A stretch of 36,695 bases of DNA from a virus: the IMG/VR virus record IMGVR_UViG_3300009177_000023, positions 1-36,695 of that record; one strand, 5' to 3'. Positions 1 through 6,663 of this stretch are shown piece by piece. The position numbers and the translations under genes are program-made. Each line of letters starts with the position of its first letter. Positions within the stretch are counted from its first letter, which is position 1. The notes below the pieces were generated by a model, which saw only the letters and a list, made by a program, of their open reading frames with translations, was not told the origin of the DNA and searched no databases.

Positions 1-35
1 GATCCCGCCTCCGGCAGCACCCGACAGCCCACAGC
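1..35. repeat. Terminal direct repeat, identical to 36661-36695 (circular-closure overlap or terminal redundancy)
   Basis: gatcccgcctccggcagcacccgacagcccacagc is found verbatim at both ends of the window. Confidence 0.95.
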
Positions 36-463
36 CGCGGACCGCGCATCGCGTTCCCGAGGAAGCCCCCGACGAGCCGCGCGCACGGCGACCGCTGGCG
101 CCAATCATTCCCGCGGTCGTGGCAGACAATCCGCCCCCGCGCACGCCCAGACGCCGCGAAGAAGAACCGGAATCAATTATCGGTCGCGTCGTCCGCAAAT
201 TGGTCCCGCCCCCGCCGGCGGTGGTCAACAACCCGCCTCCGCGTGCTGGACGTTCAAATTGGCGCGTGGCCTGGGAAACGTGGGAGCCCGTCGAGCTGCT
301 GCGCAAGGTGTACCGGCTGGTGTTCCCCGGCGTTGTCTCTCCGCCATTGGACGCGCCGCTATTTGCGGTCTTTGATGACACTGAATTACGGGTCGACTTT
401 GACGACGCCGAATTGACCGTTCTCTTTGACGACGCTACGTTGACAGTGGATTTCGACAAATGA
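1..463 (+). CDS. C-terminal part of the wrap-around tail fibre (continues ORF 34259..36695); 5' partial in this window
   Basis: Frame 2 (codons from nt 2) is open from nt 2 to the TGA at 461-463. It is the same frame as the open-ended ORF at the window end once the 35-nt overlap is joined. The ORF-track entry 119..463 is only the tail of it. Contains Pro/Arg-rich linkers (DNPPPR, NNPPPR) and a C-terminal FDDxxLxVx repeat. Confidence 0.8.
   Translation, partial: IPPPAAPDSPQPRTAHRVPEEAPDEPRARRPLAPIIPAVVADNPPPRTPRRREEEPESIIGRVVRKLVPPPPAVVNNPPPRAGRSNWRVAWETWEPVELLRKVYRLVFPGVVSPPLDAPLFAVFDDTELRVDFDDAELTVLFDDATLTVDFDK
371..451 (+). repeat. 3 tandem 27-bp units (plus a partial 4th to 463) encoding FDDTELRVD / FDDAELTVL / FDDATLTVD at the fibre C-terminus
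   Basis: tttgatgacactgaattacgggtcgac / tttgacgacgccgaattgaccgttctc / tttgacgacgctacgttgacagtggat read directly. This stretch has lower GC than its surroundings. Confidence 0.85.
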
Positions 464-780
464 CGACGCGCAAGCGGACCGACACGTACCCGATGACGTT
501 CACAATCCGTGACCGCAACGGCGCGGCCGTGAACACCACCGGGTACACGGTGACGATCAACATCGTCAACAAGGCCACCCGCGTGCCCAAGGTCGTCAAC
601 GGCGCCTGTGTTGCCGTGAACGCTGCTCTCGGTCAATGGAAGTACACCCCCGTCGCTGGCGACGTCGACACCTCGGACGCCTACGACCGCGAGGTGAAGG
701 CCATCGCCCCCGACAGCACCCCCTACCACGTGCCCACCAAGGGCTACGACGGGCTCTATATTCAGGACAACTTGGGATGA
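460..780 (+). CDS. Hypothetical virion or tail accessory protein, Ig-like (BppU-N-like pattern)
   Basis: ATGA overlap with the fibre stop and high GC3. The pattern TFTIRDRNGAAVNTTGYTVTI...GQWKYTP...DAYDREVK resembles phage Ig-like baseplate or fibre accessory domains. Confidence 0.55.
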   Translation: MTTRKRTDTYPMTFTIRDRNGAAVNTTGYTVTINIVNKATRVPKVVNGACVAVNAALGQWKYTPVAGDVDTSDAYDREVKAIAPDSTPYHVPTKGYDGLYIQDNLG

Positions 781-1013
781 CCTTCGACGTCGCCCAGGTC
801 GAAGGCATCGCCCTCAAGTTGCTCGACGGCACCGCCAAGGTGTTCCCGGTGACCGCGCCCATCGTGGTGCTGATCGAAGAGATCTTGGCCGTGGCCGACG
901 AGTACGGAATCATCCCGCACGAACTGCCGGCCGATCAGGTCCAAGCGATGGCCGCGGGGCTGGCGGCGCTTCGGGCGAGCGCCATCACCTCCGACAGGAA
1001 CCGGCGGCGATGA
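777..1013 (+). CDS. Hypothetical protein (78 aa)
   Basis: The ATG at 777 overlaps the upstream stop (ATGA). It lies in frame inside track ORF 636..1013, and the coding-like composition begins at MTFDVAQVEG. Confidence 0.5.
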   Translation: MTFDVAQVEGIALKLLDGTAKVFPVTAPIVVLIEEILAVADEYGIIPHELPADQVQAMAAGLAALRASAITSDRNRRR

Positions 1014-1369
1014 GGCCCGTCAGTATCCTGGGGACCGCGACGCCGATGCCTACGCCGGCCGTCGATCTCAAGCCGGACATGACCTGGTGGCAGAAAACCC
1101 TGGCGGGCCTGCTGGCGATGGTCGTGACAACGGTGTGCAGCTTCATCGGCTCGCATTGGGGCGGCGTCACCAACGACCAGATGAACGACGCGCTGAAGGG
1201 CCAGGAAGGTCGCCTTGGGGACCGCATCGACAAGGCGATCCTGACCGCCAAGAAGGACAGCGACGACATGAAGGCGTACGTAGACAAGAAGACTGCGGCG
1301 CCAGCGCCGTTGGCAAAGAAGGTCAAGCGACCCAAGCTCAGTGAACCCTCGGGAGGGGCAATTGAATGA
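1010..1369 (+). CDS. Single-pass membrane protein (holin- or spanin-like candidate)
   Basis: ATGA overlap. One hydrophobic helix (TLAGLLAMVVTTVCSFIGSHW) followed by a charged, Lys-rich tail. Confidence 0.55.
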   Translation: MRPVSILGTATPMPTPAVDLKPDMTWWQKTLAGLLAMVVTTVCSFIGSHWGGVTNDQMNDALKGQEGRLGDRIDKAILTAKKDSDDMKAYVDKKTAAPAPLAKKVKRPKLSEPSGGAIE

Positions 1370-1676
1370 GCCATCCATCCACGGAGATGCCGACAGTGTC
1401 TGGGACCGGGTTTGGCGTGGCCGAGCGTCTTCCCACCGACGAAATCTCCTCAACGTCGCCAGTGAAACGGCACGCGTCGCGACTCTTATTGCAGAGGCTG
1501 CAAGGTTCATCGACAGCCTTCCAAGCTCGGCTCGACAGATGGAAATCCTTGGCATCTGCGACGAGATCGCAGAGCTGACCGAGTCGACGCGCGCCGTGGT
1601 GACCCACCTTCGCGCCGAGGCCGGCAACGGAGTGCCCGCGCGGCCCAACTGGTGGCGGAGGTTGTTCGGTGACTGA
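1341..1676 (+). CDS. Hypothetical helical protein; start uncertain (GTG 1341 or TTG 1362)
   Basis: The 3' two-thirds (ETARVATLIAEAARFIDSL...ELTESTRAVVTHLRAEAG) has clear coding GC3. A GGGAGGGG Shine-Dalgarno at about 1351-1358 could serve TTG 1362 or the alternative-frame ATG 1366. Confidence 0.4.
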   Translation: MNPREGQLNEPSIHGDADSVWDRVWRGRASSHRRNLLNVASETARVATLIAEAARFIDSLPSSARQMEILGICDEIAELTESTRAVVTHLRAEAGNGVPARPNWWRRLFGD

Positions 1677-2028
1677 AATGCCGCCCGACGACGAGATCGA
1701 GCTGGACATCTCGGAGCTGATGCCACCGCCCGAGCTGGACCCGTTCGCCGACGACGTGCCGACGCTGGTGGACCGCCTGCGGTGCCTGTGCCCCGGCTGC
1801 GGTGACGATCAGATGCACCTCGACGACAGCGTGCAGCCGCCGGGCTCCCACGCCGAGGCCTGGAAGCGCGGATGCTGCTACGGGAATTCCAAGTTCTTCT
1901 GGTGCAAGGGCCCGGTCGAACGGCGCGGGATCGGCCAGCTCACTTTGATTGGGTCGATGGAGGTCTTTTTTTTTCCTGACCGGCGTCTGGCCAGCCGGAA
2001 GGTGGACGTCGACCGCCGCCGGCCGTGA
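1669..2028 (+). CDS. Hypothetical acidic Cys-rich protein (CLCPGCG, CC, C)
   Basis: GTG 1669 (or ATG 1678) overlaps the upstream stop. Contains a T9 homopolymer at 1966-1974 inside the reading frame. Confidence 0.45.
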   Translation: MTEMPPDDEIELDISELMPPPELDPFADDVPTLVDRLRCLCPGCGDDQMHLDDSVQPPGSHAEAWKRGCCYGNSKFFWCKGPVERRGIGQLTLIGSMEVFFFPDRRLASRKVDVDRRRP

Positions 2029-2040
2029 TACCGTTACGGC

Positions 2041-2424
2041 GTGCCGACAGCCAGCAATCTACGTAAGGACGCGCAGGCCGCGCGCGAGAAGGCCAAGAAG
2101 CTCCTGGCCTTCGCCGATGCCCTGGACGCGGCGGCGGACGCCCAACAGGGCTTGCGGACCCGTAACGGTTATGGCACGGTGCCAAGGATGGAAACAACCG
2201 TTACCCAGCCCCCCAAGGTTCCCAGGAAACGCGGCCCGGCCGCCGCTGCCGATGGCCCCATGACCGCCGTTGCAAAGCAGAAGGGAATCCCAAGCCTCCG
2301 CGCGCTGGGCGATGCGCTGGGCATAACTGCCGGAAACGTCAGGCTTATCAACCTGCGTGGCGTGATTCCTCCTGGCGTGCAGAAGAAAATCGACGCCCTC
2401 CCGAACGCCGGCACGACCAAGTAA
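2041..2424 (+). CDS. Helix-turn-helix DNA-binding protein (candidate repressor or origin-binding protein)
   Basis: The C-terminal segment GIPSLRALGDALGITAGNVRLINLRG is HTH-like. High GC3 from GTG 2041. The gene is flanked by and contains GTAACGGTT/AACCGTTAC sites. Confidence 0.55.
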   Translation: MPTASNLRKDAQAAREKAKKLLAFADALDAAADAQQGLRTRNGYGTVPRMETTVTQPPKVPRKRGPAAAADGPMTAVAKQKGIPSLRALGDALGITAGNVRLINLRGVIPPGVQKKIDALPNAGTTK

Positions 2425-2449
2425 GAACGTAACGATTTCCTGCTGTTGT

Positions 2450-2468
2450 GGAAACCGTTACGGTTTCC
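2450..2468. promoter_or_regulatory. Perfect 19-bp palindrome ggaaaccgt-t-acggtttcc (operator or iteron candidate)
   Basis: The reverse complement of ggaaaccgt is acggtttcc. The site is intergenic, between the HTH gene and the next ORF. Confidence 0.7.
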
Positions 2469-2480
2469 GTTGACGACGCG

Positions 2481-2504
2481 GTAACGGTTCAATATAACCG
2501 TTAC
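2481..2504. promoter_or_regulatory. Perfect inverted repeat GTAACGGTT-caatat-AACCGTTAC (operator or iteron candidate)
   Basis: Two 9-bp arms with an AT-rich 6-bp spacer, ending 1 nt before ATG 2505. Confidence 0.75.
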
Positions 2505-2666
2505 ATGTCCAACGCGACGCCGGTTGAAATCGAGGAAGAGGAAACGGTCCCGGTTCCTTCGCAGACGATGGCCGAGATGGACCGCGAGCGCTGGCGCAGG
2601 CTTTCCGACCTGTACCACGAGGAAGAGATCCCCTGCGCGCCCTTCGGGGTTTCGGGGATGTACTGA
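2505..2666 (+). CDS. Small acidic hypothetical protein (53 aa)
   Basis: ATG 2505 lies directly after the palindromes. The track start at GTG 2448 would translate through both palindromes, so the later ATG is preferred. Confidence 0.4.
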   Translation: MSNATPVEIEEEETVPVPSQTMAEMDRERWRRLSDLYHEEEIPCAPFGVSGMY

Positions 2667-2929
2667 TGGCCCCCGAGTGCATGACGGATGGCCCCCACGG
2701 CGCGCCTTGCACGATGGTGCGCGGGCACATCGGGGATCACAGGGACTGCGCCGGGTACCACTGGCGGCCCCTCGCCGTCCCCGTGTCCATCGTCCTGATG
2801 CAGCTGTCGCACCGGGCCTGGACGGTTGAGGTCAGCTCGGGCGGGGTGAAGGGATACGTCAACGTCGGCGTGCCCACGCGGCGTGAGGCCTTGGTGGCGG
2901 CGACCGAGTGGCTGGAGCTGGCGCGATGA
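2666..2929 (+). CDS. Hypothetical protein (87 aa)
   Basis: TGATG overlap with the upstream gene; high GC3. Confidence 0.5.
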   Translation: MAPECMTDGPHGAPCTMVRGHIGDHRDCAGYHWRPLAVPVSIVLMQLSHRAWTVEVSSGGVKGYVNVGVPTRREALVAATEWLELAR

Positions 2930-3189
2930 CCGCCGACGAGCTTGATTCGGTCGTCCGCGCCGCAAGGACCTACTGCGGCGTCGACTTCGCGCGGCCGAAA
3001 CGCGGGCTGCGCGTTGCCATCGTCGCGCTCGCTGACCAGAACGCCGAGCTGAGGCGGACGGTCAACGTCCTTGAAGCGCGGATCGCCGCCTGCAACGAGA
3101 ACAACGCAATCCTGGTCCGCGCGCGCGTCGGCGCCCGCTGTGGCCACGGTCGCATCGAGGCCCTCTGCGACGATTGCGTGGCGCCGTGA
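2926..3189 (+). CDS. Hypothetical protein (87 aa), coiled-coil-like with C-terminal Cys pair
   Basis: ATGA overlap at 2926 (MTADELDSVV...). In frame within track ORF 2908..3189. Confidence 0.5.
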   Translation: MTADELDSVVRAARTYCGVDFARPKRGLRVAIVALADQNAELRRTVNVLEARIAACNENNAILVRARVGARCGHGRIEALCDDCVAP

Positions 3190-3344
3190 AGCTCGACGCT
3201 GAGAAGTGGCGCGAGTGGGACCGGAAGCTGGCGCGCCTGCTGGAGGCTGACGCCTGGACGCCCGAGCCCACGCTGCTGGGCGGGCTGCACGGAGAAATAG
3301 AGCTCGAAGCGGTCGGCGCGGTGCCGGCCGTTGAATTGGATTAA
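3186..3344 (+). CDS. Small hypothetical protein (52 aa; below the ORF-track cutoff)
   Basis: GTGA overlap at 3186. Translates VKLDAEKWREWDRKLARLLEADAW...AVELD. The TAA stop lies inside the conserved ATTAACGG motif. Confidence 0.4.
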   Translation: MKLDAEKWREWDRKLARLLEADAWTPEPTLLGGLHGEIELEAVGAVPAVELD

Positions 3345-3358
3345 CGGTCACTGCGACC
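3339..3358 (+). promoter_or_regulatory. Copy D of conserved motif (gATTAACGGTCACTGCGACC), 17 nt upstream of ATG 3376
   Basis: 19/20 identical to the copies at 19131 and 23091. Followed by agaaaaaggaaagaacc-ATG. Confidence 0.7.
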
Positions 3359-3375
3359 AGAAAAAGGAAAGAACC

Positions 3376-4290
3376 ATGCTCAAGATCACCAAGGCCGCCG
3401 ATCCCATCGAAGTGAAGCACGTAGTTGTCTGAATCCACGGAGACCCCGGCATCGGGAAAACATCCCTCGGGTTCACCGCCGAGAAACCCCTGTGCCTGGC
3501 GTTCGACAGCGGCGTGTACCGCGCTGGCGCCTTCCGCGGGGACTGCGTCCAGATCGAAAGCTGGCGCGACGTCTCAAACATGACCGCCGCCGACTTCGCC
3601 GGCTACTCGACGGTGGTCGTTGACACCGCGGGACGCGCCCTCGATTGCCTGTCGGCGACGCTGATGGCCGAGGATCCCAAGAACAACCGCGGCGGCGCGC
3701 TGTCGCTGCAAGGGTTCGGCGCCCTGAAGAGCACCTTCTACGGGTGGTTGTCGAACCTGAAGTACATCGGCCTGGACATCGTGCTGATCTGCCACTCGGA
3801 CGAGCAGCGCAAGGGCGACGAGCTGATCACCCGCCTCGACATGCAGGGAGCCTCGAAGAACGAGGTGTACAAGAGCGCCGACATGATGGGCTCACTGTCG
3901 ATGGTGAAGGGCAAGCGAGTGCTCAACTTCAGCCCCACGGACGTGGCGTTCGGCAAGAACCCTGGCCAGCTCCCAGTGCTGACCGTTCCTGACTTCGTTC
4001 CCGGCGCGCCCTCGGGGTTCTTGGCGAAGGCGATCGCCGACACGAAGGAGGCCCTCAATCGCCTGTCGGCCGAAGGCATCGCCCAGGCCGCCCTTCAGAC
4101 GACGTGGGCCGAACGCATCGGCAAGGCGAGCACCAAGGCCGAGTTCGACGCCCTGGCAGCGGCGGGCAAGGCAGAGGGCGCCCCCAAGGCCGTCGGTGCG
4201 CTGCTAACGAAGGCAGCGAAGGCCAAGGGCTTCGCCTGGGACAAGGCAGCCGATGCGTTCGCGCCCGTCGCCGAGAAGAAGGCGGCGTGA
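3376..4290 (+). CDS. AAA_24/Sak4-like RecA-fold ATPase (recombination), interrupted by an in-frame TGA at 3430-3432
   Basis: ATG 3376 has an AAGGAAAG Shine-Dalgarno. Translation gives MLKITKAADPIEVKHVVV*IHGDPGIGKTSLGF (Walker A), then VVVDTAG (Walker B) and DIVLICHSDEQ. The track ORF 3514..4290 lacks Walker A. Confidence 0.7.
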
Positions 4291-4291
4291 C

Positions 4292-4939
4292 GTGATCCGC
4301 ATCTCCGTCACCGATCTGGAGTCCTTCCGCTACTGGCGCGAGCAGGAGCACTCGACAGTTGAAGAACTGGTCGCCCGCCTGCGCCACGAAGAACCGCCGT
4401 CGCCGCAGATGGCGGCCGGCGGGGCCTTCGCGAAGCTCATGGAAACGGCGCAGTCCTACCCGGACCGCTCCCAGGTGGGCGACTGCTACCAGGACGTCGA
4501 GGTTGACGGCTGGCGGTTCGTGTTCGAGCTTGACGCCGAGCTGGAACTGCCCGACGTCCGCGAGCTGAAGGCCGAGCAAGTCTTCCAGACCTCGGTCGGT
4601 CCCGTCATGCTGGTGGGAAAGGTCGACGGGCTCGACGGGCTCACCGTCCACGACCAGAAGCTGACCGAGAGCTGGGACGCGGAGAAGTACGTCGACAGCC
4701 TTCAGTGGCGGGCCTACCTGGTGATGTTCGAGGCCCAGTCGTTCGTGTACGACGTCTTCGTGGGGCGCTACAAGCGCGACAGGGACCGCAAGATCATCCC
4801 TGGGCAGGTGACGGTGACCGACTATCACCGAATGGCCTTCTACGCCTACCCAGGGGTACGGGCGGACGTGCAGCGCGCGGTGGAGAACGTGGCGGCCATC
4901 ATCGCCCACCACATCCCCGAGCGCGTGCTGGCCGCCTGA
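4292..4939 (+). CDS. PD-(D/E)XK (Cas4/RecB-like) nuclease
   Basis: GTG 4292 lies 2 nt after the upstream stop. Motifs GKVDGL, VHDQKLT (D-x-K) and QWRAYL (QxxxY). This is a typical partner of Sak4-like ATPases. Confidence 0.65.
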   Translation: MIRISVTDLESFRYWREQEHSTVEELVARLRHEEPPSPQMAAGGAFAKLMETAQSYPDRSQVGDCYQDVEVDGWRFVFELDAELELPDVRELKAEQVFQTSVGPVMLVGKVDGLDGLTVHDQKLTESWDAEKYVDSLQWRAYLVMFEAQSFVYDVFVGRYKRDRDRKIIPGQVTVTDYHRMAFYAYPGVRADVQRAVENVAAIIAHHIPERVLAA

Positions 4940-4947
4940 GCTTGGCC

Positions 4948-5178
4948 ATGCCCCGACGGCGATCCAAATTAAGAGGCATGGCACCGTCGGGGAACCCGTT
5001 GCTCGCGCGAATGACGGCCGCTGAAAAGCTGCTGGCCCAGCACGGCGATCGCCTGGACGGACACGATCGCCAGCTGCGCGAGCTGAACCTTGACCTGTCC
5101 CTGCTGGCCGACATCGTCCACCGCGCCAAAGCCAGGGCCGCCGATGTGCGAGCAAGGCGCCAAAAACGCACGCCATGA
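4948..5178 (+). CDS. Small basic coiled-coil protein (76 aa)
   Basis: ATG 4948 (or ATG 4978), in frame within track ORF 4705..5178. The sequence LLAQHGDRLDGHDRQLRELNLDLSLLADIV looks helical. Confidence 0.4.
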   Translation: MPRRRSKLRGMAPSGNPLLARMTAAEKLLAQHGDRLDGHDRQLRELNLDLSLLADIVHRAKARAADVRARRQKRTP

Positions 5179-5312
5179 TCTGTTTTGAAACTCCGCGCCG
5201 GAACGTCCCGCGCGCCGACTGAGAAAGGACGCGCGATCGCGCTGTCGTGGATGCGGCATGCCCTGTGCTGAGGCGGCCGTGCTTGTTACCAACCCCACCC
5301 ACTGGAGGGACC

Positions 5313-6305
5313 GTGTCGTTGGTTTCCGAGGCGGGCATTCGGGCCGCCATCGCCCAACTGGAGGCGATGCTGCCCGAGCGGTCCTGCACCTTCCGTGAGC
5401 TGTGGACCGACTACGTAGCAAGCCTGCCGGCTGAGGCGGGATGGGTTCCAGACGTCGTGTCGCTGATGAAAAAGCCACTGGCGGCCTTCGGTGACGTCAA
5501 GGTTGTCGAGCTGCGACAGTCGAATTGGGCGGCCTACCGCAACGGCCTGGGGCGCGAGCTGTCGCCCACGACGCGCAACCTGGCCCTTCGTCGCACCAAG
5601 GCCGTCGTGCGCTGGGGCGTGGCCGAGGGCAGGGCTTGTGAGACAGCGTTTTTGAAGCTCAAACAGGAGCCGGCCAGGGGCAAGCGGCGGACCGAGATCG
5701 CCGAAGAGGATGACGCCCGTGTCGCGGATGCGTTGCCGCTGGAGGTGAGCGTCCTGTATCGGGTGATGGCGGGCAGCGGGTGCCGGATCGGCGAGGTTCG
5801 AAACCTGCGCTGGGATCAAGTCGACTTCGGGTCGAACACCATCGCCCTGGCCTGGGACGAGAACAAAGGGCGCAAGGCGGCGGTGATAACCTTCACCGCC
5901 GACGCGGCCAACGCCCTGAAGCTGATGCCGCGCGAATCCGTCTACGTGTTCCCGTCGAAGCGCACCGGCCGCCCGCTGGGACATGGGCACTTCTGGTCCC
6001 ATCTCCGCACCGCCTTCGACAAACTGGGCCTGAAGGCGGCGCCGGGGGACGGGAACGTCCACCCACACGACACGCGGCACTCGGTGGCCACGCGGCTCGG
6101 CCGCCGGGGGGTCAGCTTGACCGATATTCAAGGCGTACTCCGCCACGCGAACATCAGTCAGACGGCGCTCTACATCGTGACCAGGGCCGAGGAAATTGCG
6201 GCGGCGGCGCGGCTGCTGGAGGGTCCTCGGCATGGTCCGCACCGCGCCGCGGGGTCGGCGAAGGTGGGACCCGCCGCTCCAAAAGCAAGGGCCGCCCGAA
6301 AGTAA
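5313..6305 (+). CDS. int: Tyrosine recombinase / phage integrase
   Basis: GTG 5313 is preceded by a GGAGGG Shine-Dalgarno. Catalytic signature: GCRIGEVRNLRW (Arg), HPHDTRHSVATRL (H-x-x-R) and LRHANISQTALYI (His...Tyr). Confidence 0.85.
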   Translation: MSLVSEAGIRAAIAQLEAMLPERSCTFRELWTDYVASLPAEAGWVPDVVSLMKKPLAAFGDVKVVELRQSNWAAYRNGLGRELSPTTRNLALRRTKAVVRWGVAEGRACETAFLKLKQEPARGKRRTEIAEEDDARVADALPLEVSVLYRVMAGSGCRIGEVRNLRWDQVDFGSNTIALAWDENKGRKAAVITFTADAANALKLMPRESVYVFPSKRTGRPLGHGHFWSHLRTAFDKLGLKAAPGDGNVHPHDTRHSVATRLGRRGVSLTDIQGVLRHANISQTALYIVTRAEEIAAAARLLEGPRHGPHRAAGSAKVGPAAPKARAARK

Positions 6306-6465
6306 ATCGTTGACGGCGGGATACGTTTCCGTTACTTCTTTTCCATCCCGTCAATGAGCCCCGAAGAACGCACACGCCCACCGCTTCTGCATTGGCGGGA
6401 TCCTATGCGGGCAGCTGGCGTGTGCGTCCTCCGCGGCATCCACCACGACCCATAGGAGCAGCCAC

Positions 6466-6663
6466 ATGGAACCGGACTTCCTGAGAACTTATCAACAGGG
6501 TAATTCGCCCACCCCGAGGCGCCGGGGGCGCGCCAAGGCCTTTCTCACCCAGGCCAGCCCCCGGCTCATTCGAGCGGTCGCCCGCGGCCAAGTAAGCACT
6601 ATCCAGCTCGGGCTGATGTTCGGCCTGACCGTCGCTGACCTCGCTTTCCTGAGGACGCGATGA
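6466..6663 (+). CDS. Small basic HTH-like protein (Xis or regulator candidate)
   Basis: [20 protein letters not shown] is HTH-like. The gene is next to int and has an ATGA overlap with the downstream gene. Confidence 0.4.
   Translation: MEPDFLRTYQQGNSPTPRRRGRAKAFLTQASPRLIRAVARGQVSTIQLGLMFGLTVADLAFLRTR

Noticed and set aside
1366-1578. Alternative-frame ORF (70 aa) starting with an ATGA overlap at 1366
   Set aside because: Its 5' third has acceptable GC3, but its 3' two-thirds has poor codon bias. The overlapping frame of 1341..1676 is clearly coding there. A frameshift joining the two frames cannot be excluded but has no slippery-site support, so it is kept only as a note.
1966-1974. The T9 run as the U-tract of an intrinsic terminator
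   Set aside because: I could not find a stable GC-rich hairpin immediately upstream, and the run lies inside an open reading frame.
2448-2504. GTG 2448 as the start of the small ORF ending at 2666
   Set aside because: That start would translate straight through two perfect palindromes that look like operators, whereas ATG 2505 lies directly after them.
3427-3435. The TGA at 3430 as evidence of genetic-code reassignment, or of a prfB-like +1 frameshift (GTC TGA A)
   Set aside because: TGA terminates most genes in this window (many ATGA/GTGA junctions), so it is not globally reassigned. The +1 frame after the site reads ESTETPASGKHPSG and loses the Walker A motif, whereas the zero frame keeps GDPGIGKT. 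Only read-through, a mutation or a sequencing error remain.
4055-5389. Long minus-strand ORF (444 aa) opposite the nuclease, small-protein and integrase genes
   Set aside because: The translation is Arg/Gly/Pro-rich and low-complexity, as expected for the antisense frame of high-GC coding DNA. The + strand carries motif-supported genes (PD-(D/E)XK nuclease, integrase). The same reasoning applies to 935..1726(-), 5286..6242(-), 10540..11442(-), 12824..13757(-), 14289..15443(-), 15467..16393(-), 17365..18090(-), 26835..27674(-), 29597..30595(-), 31115..32623(-) and 33067..34720(-).
5789-5805. GAGGTTCGAAACC, resembling a tRNA T-arm (a possible tRNA or attP core)
   Set aside because: It lies inside the integrase coding frame (GEVRNL). 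It has no flanking acceptor or anticodon stems. No tRNA can be folded around it by eye.
6306-6465. Intergenic region after int as attP: inverted TTGACGG...CCGTCAA at 6311-6354 and TCCTATG...CATAGGA at about 6392-6452
   Set aside because: The location is plausible, but the repeats are short with long spacers. I cannot identify a core or arm-site pattern, or a tRNA-derived segment. Without the bacterial attB or the integrated form the call is unsupported.
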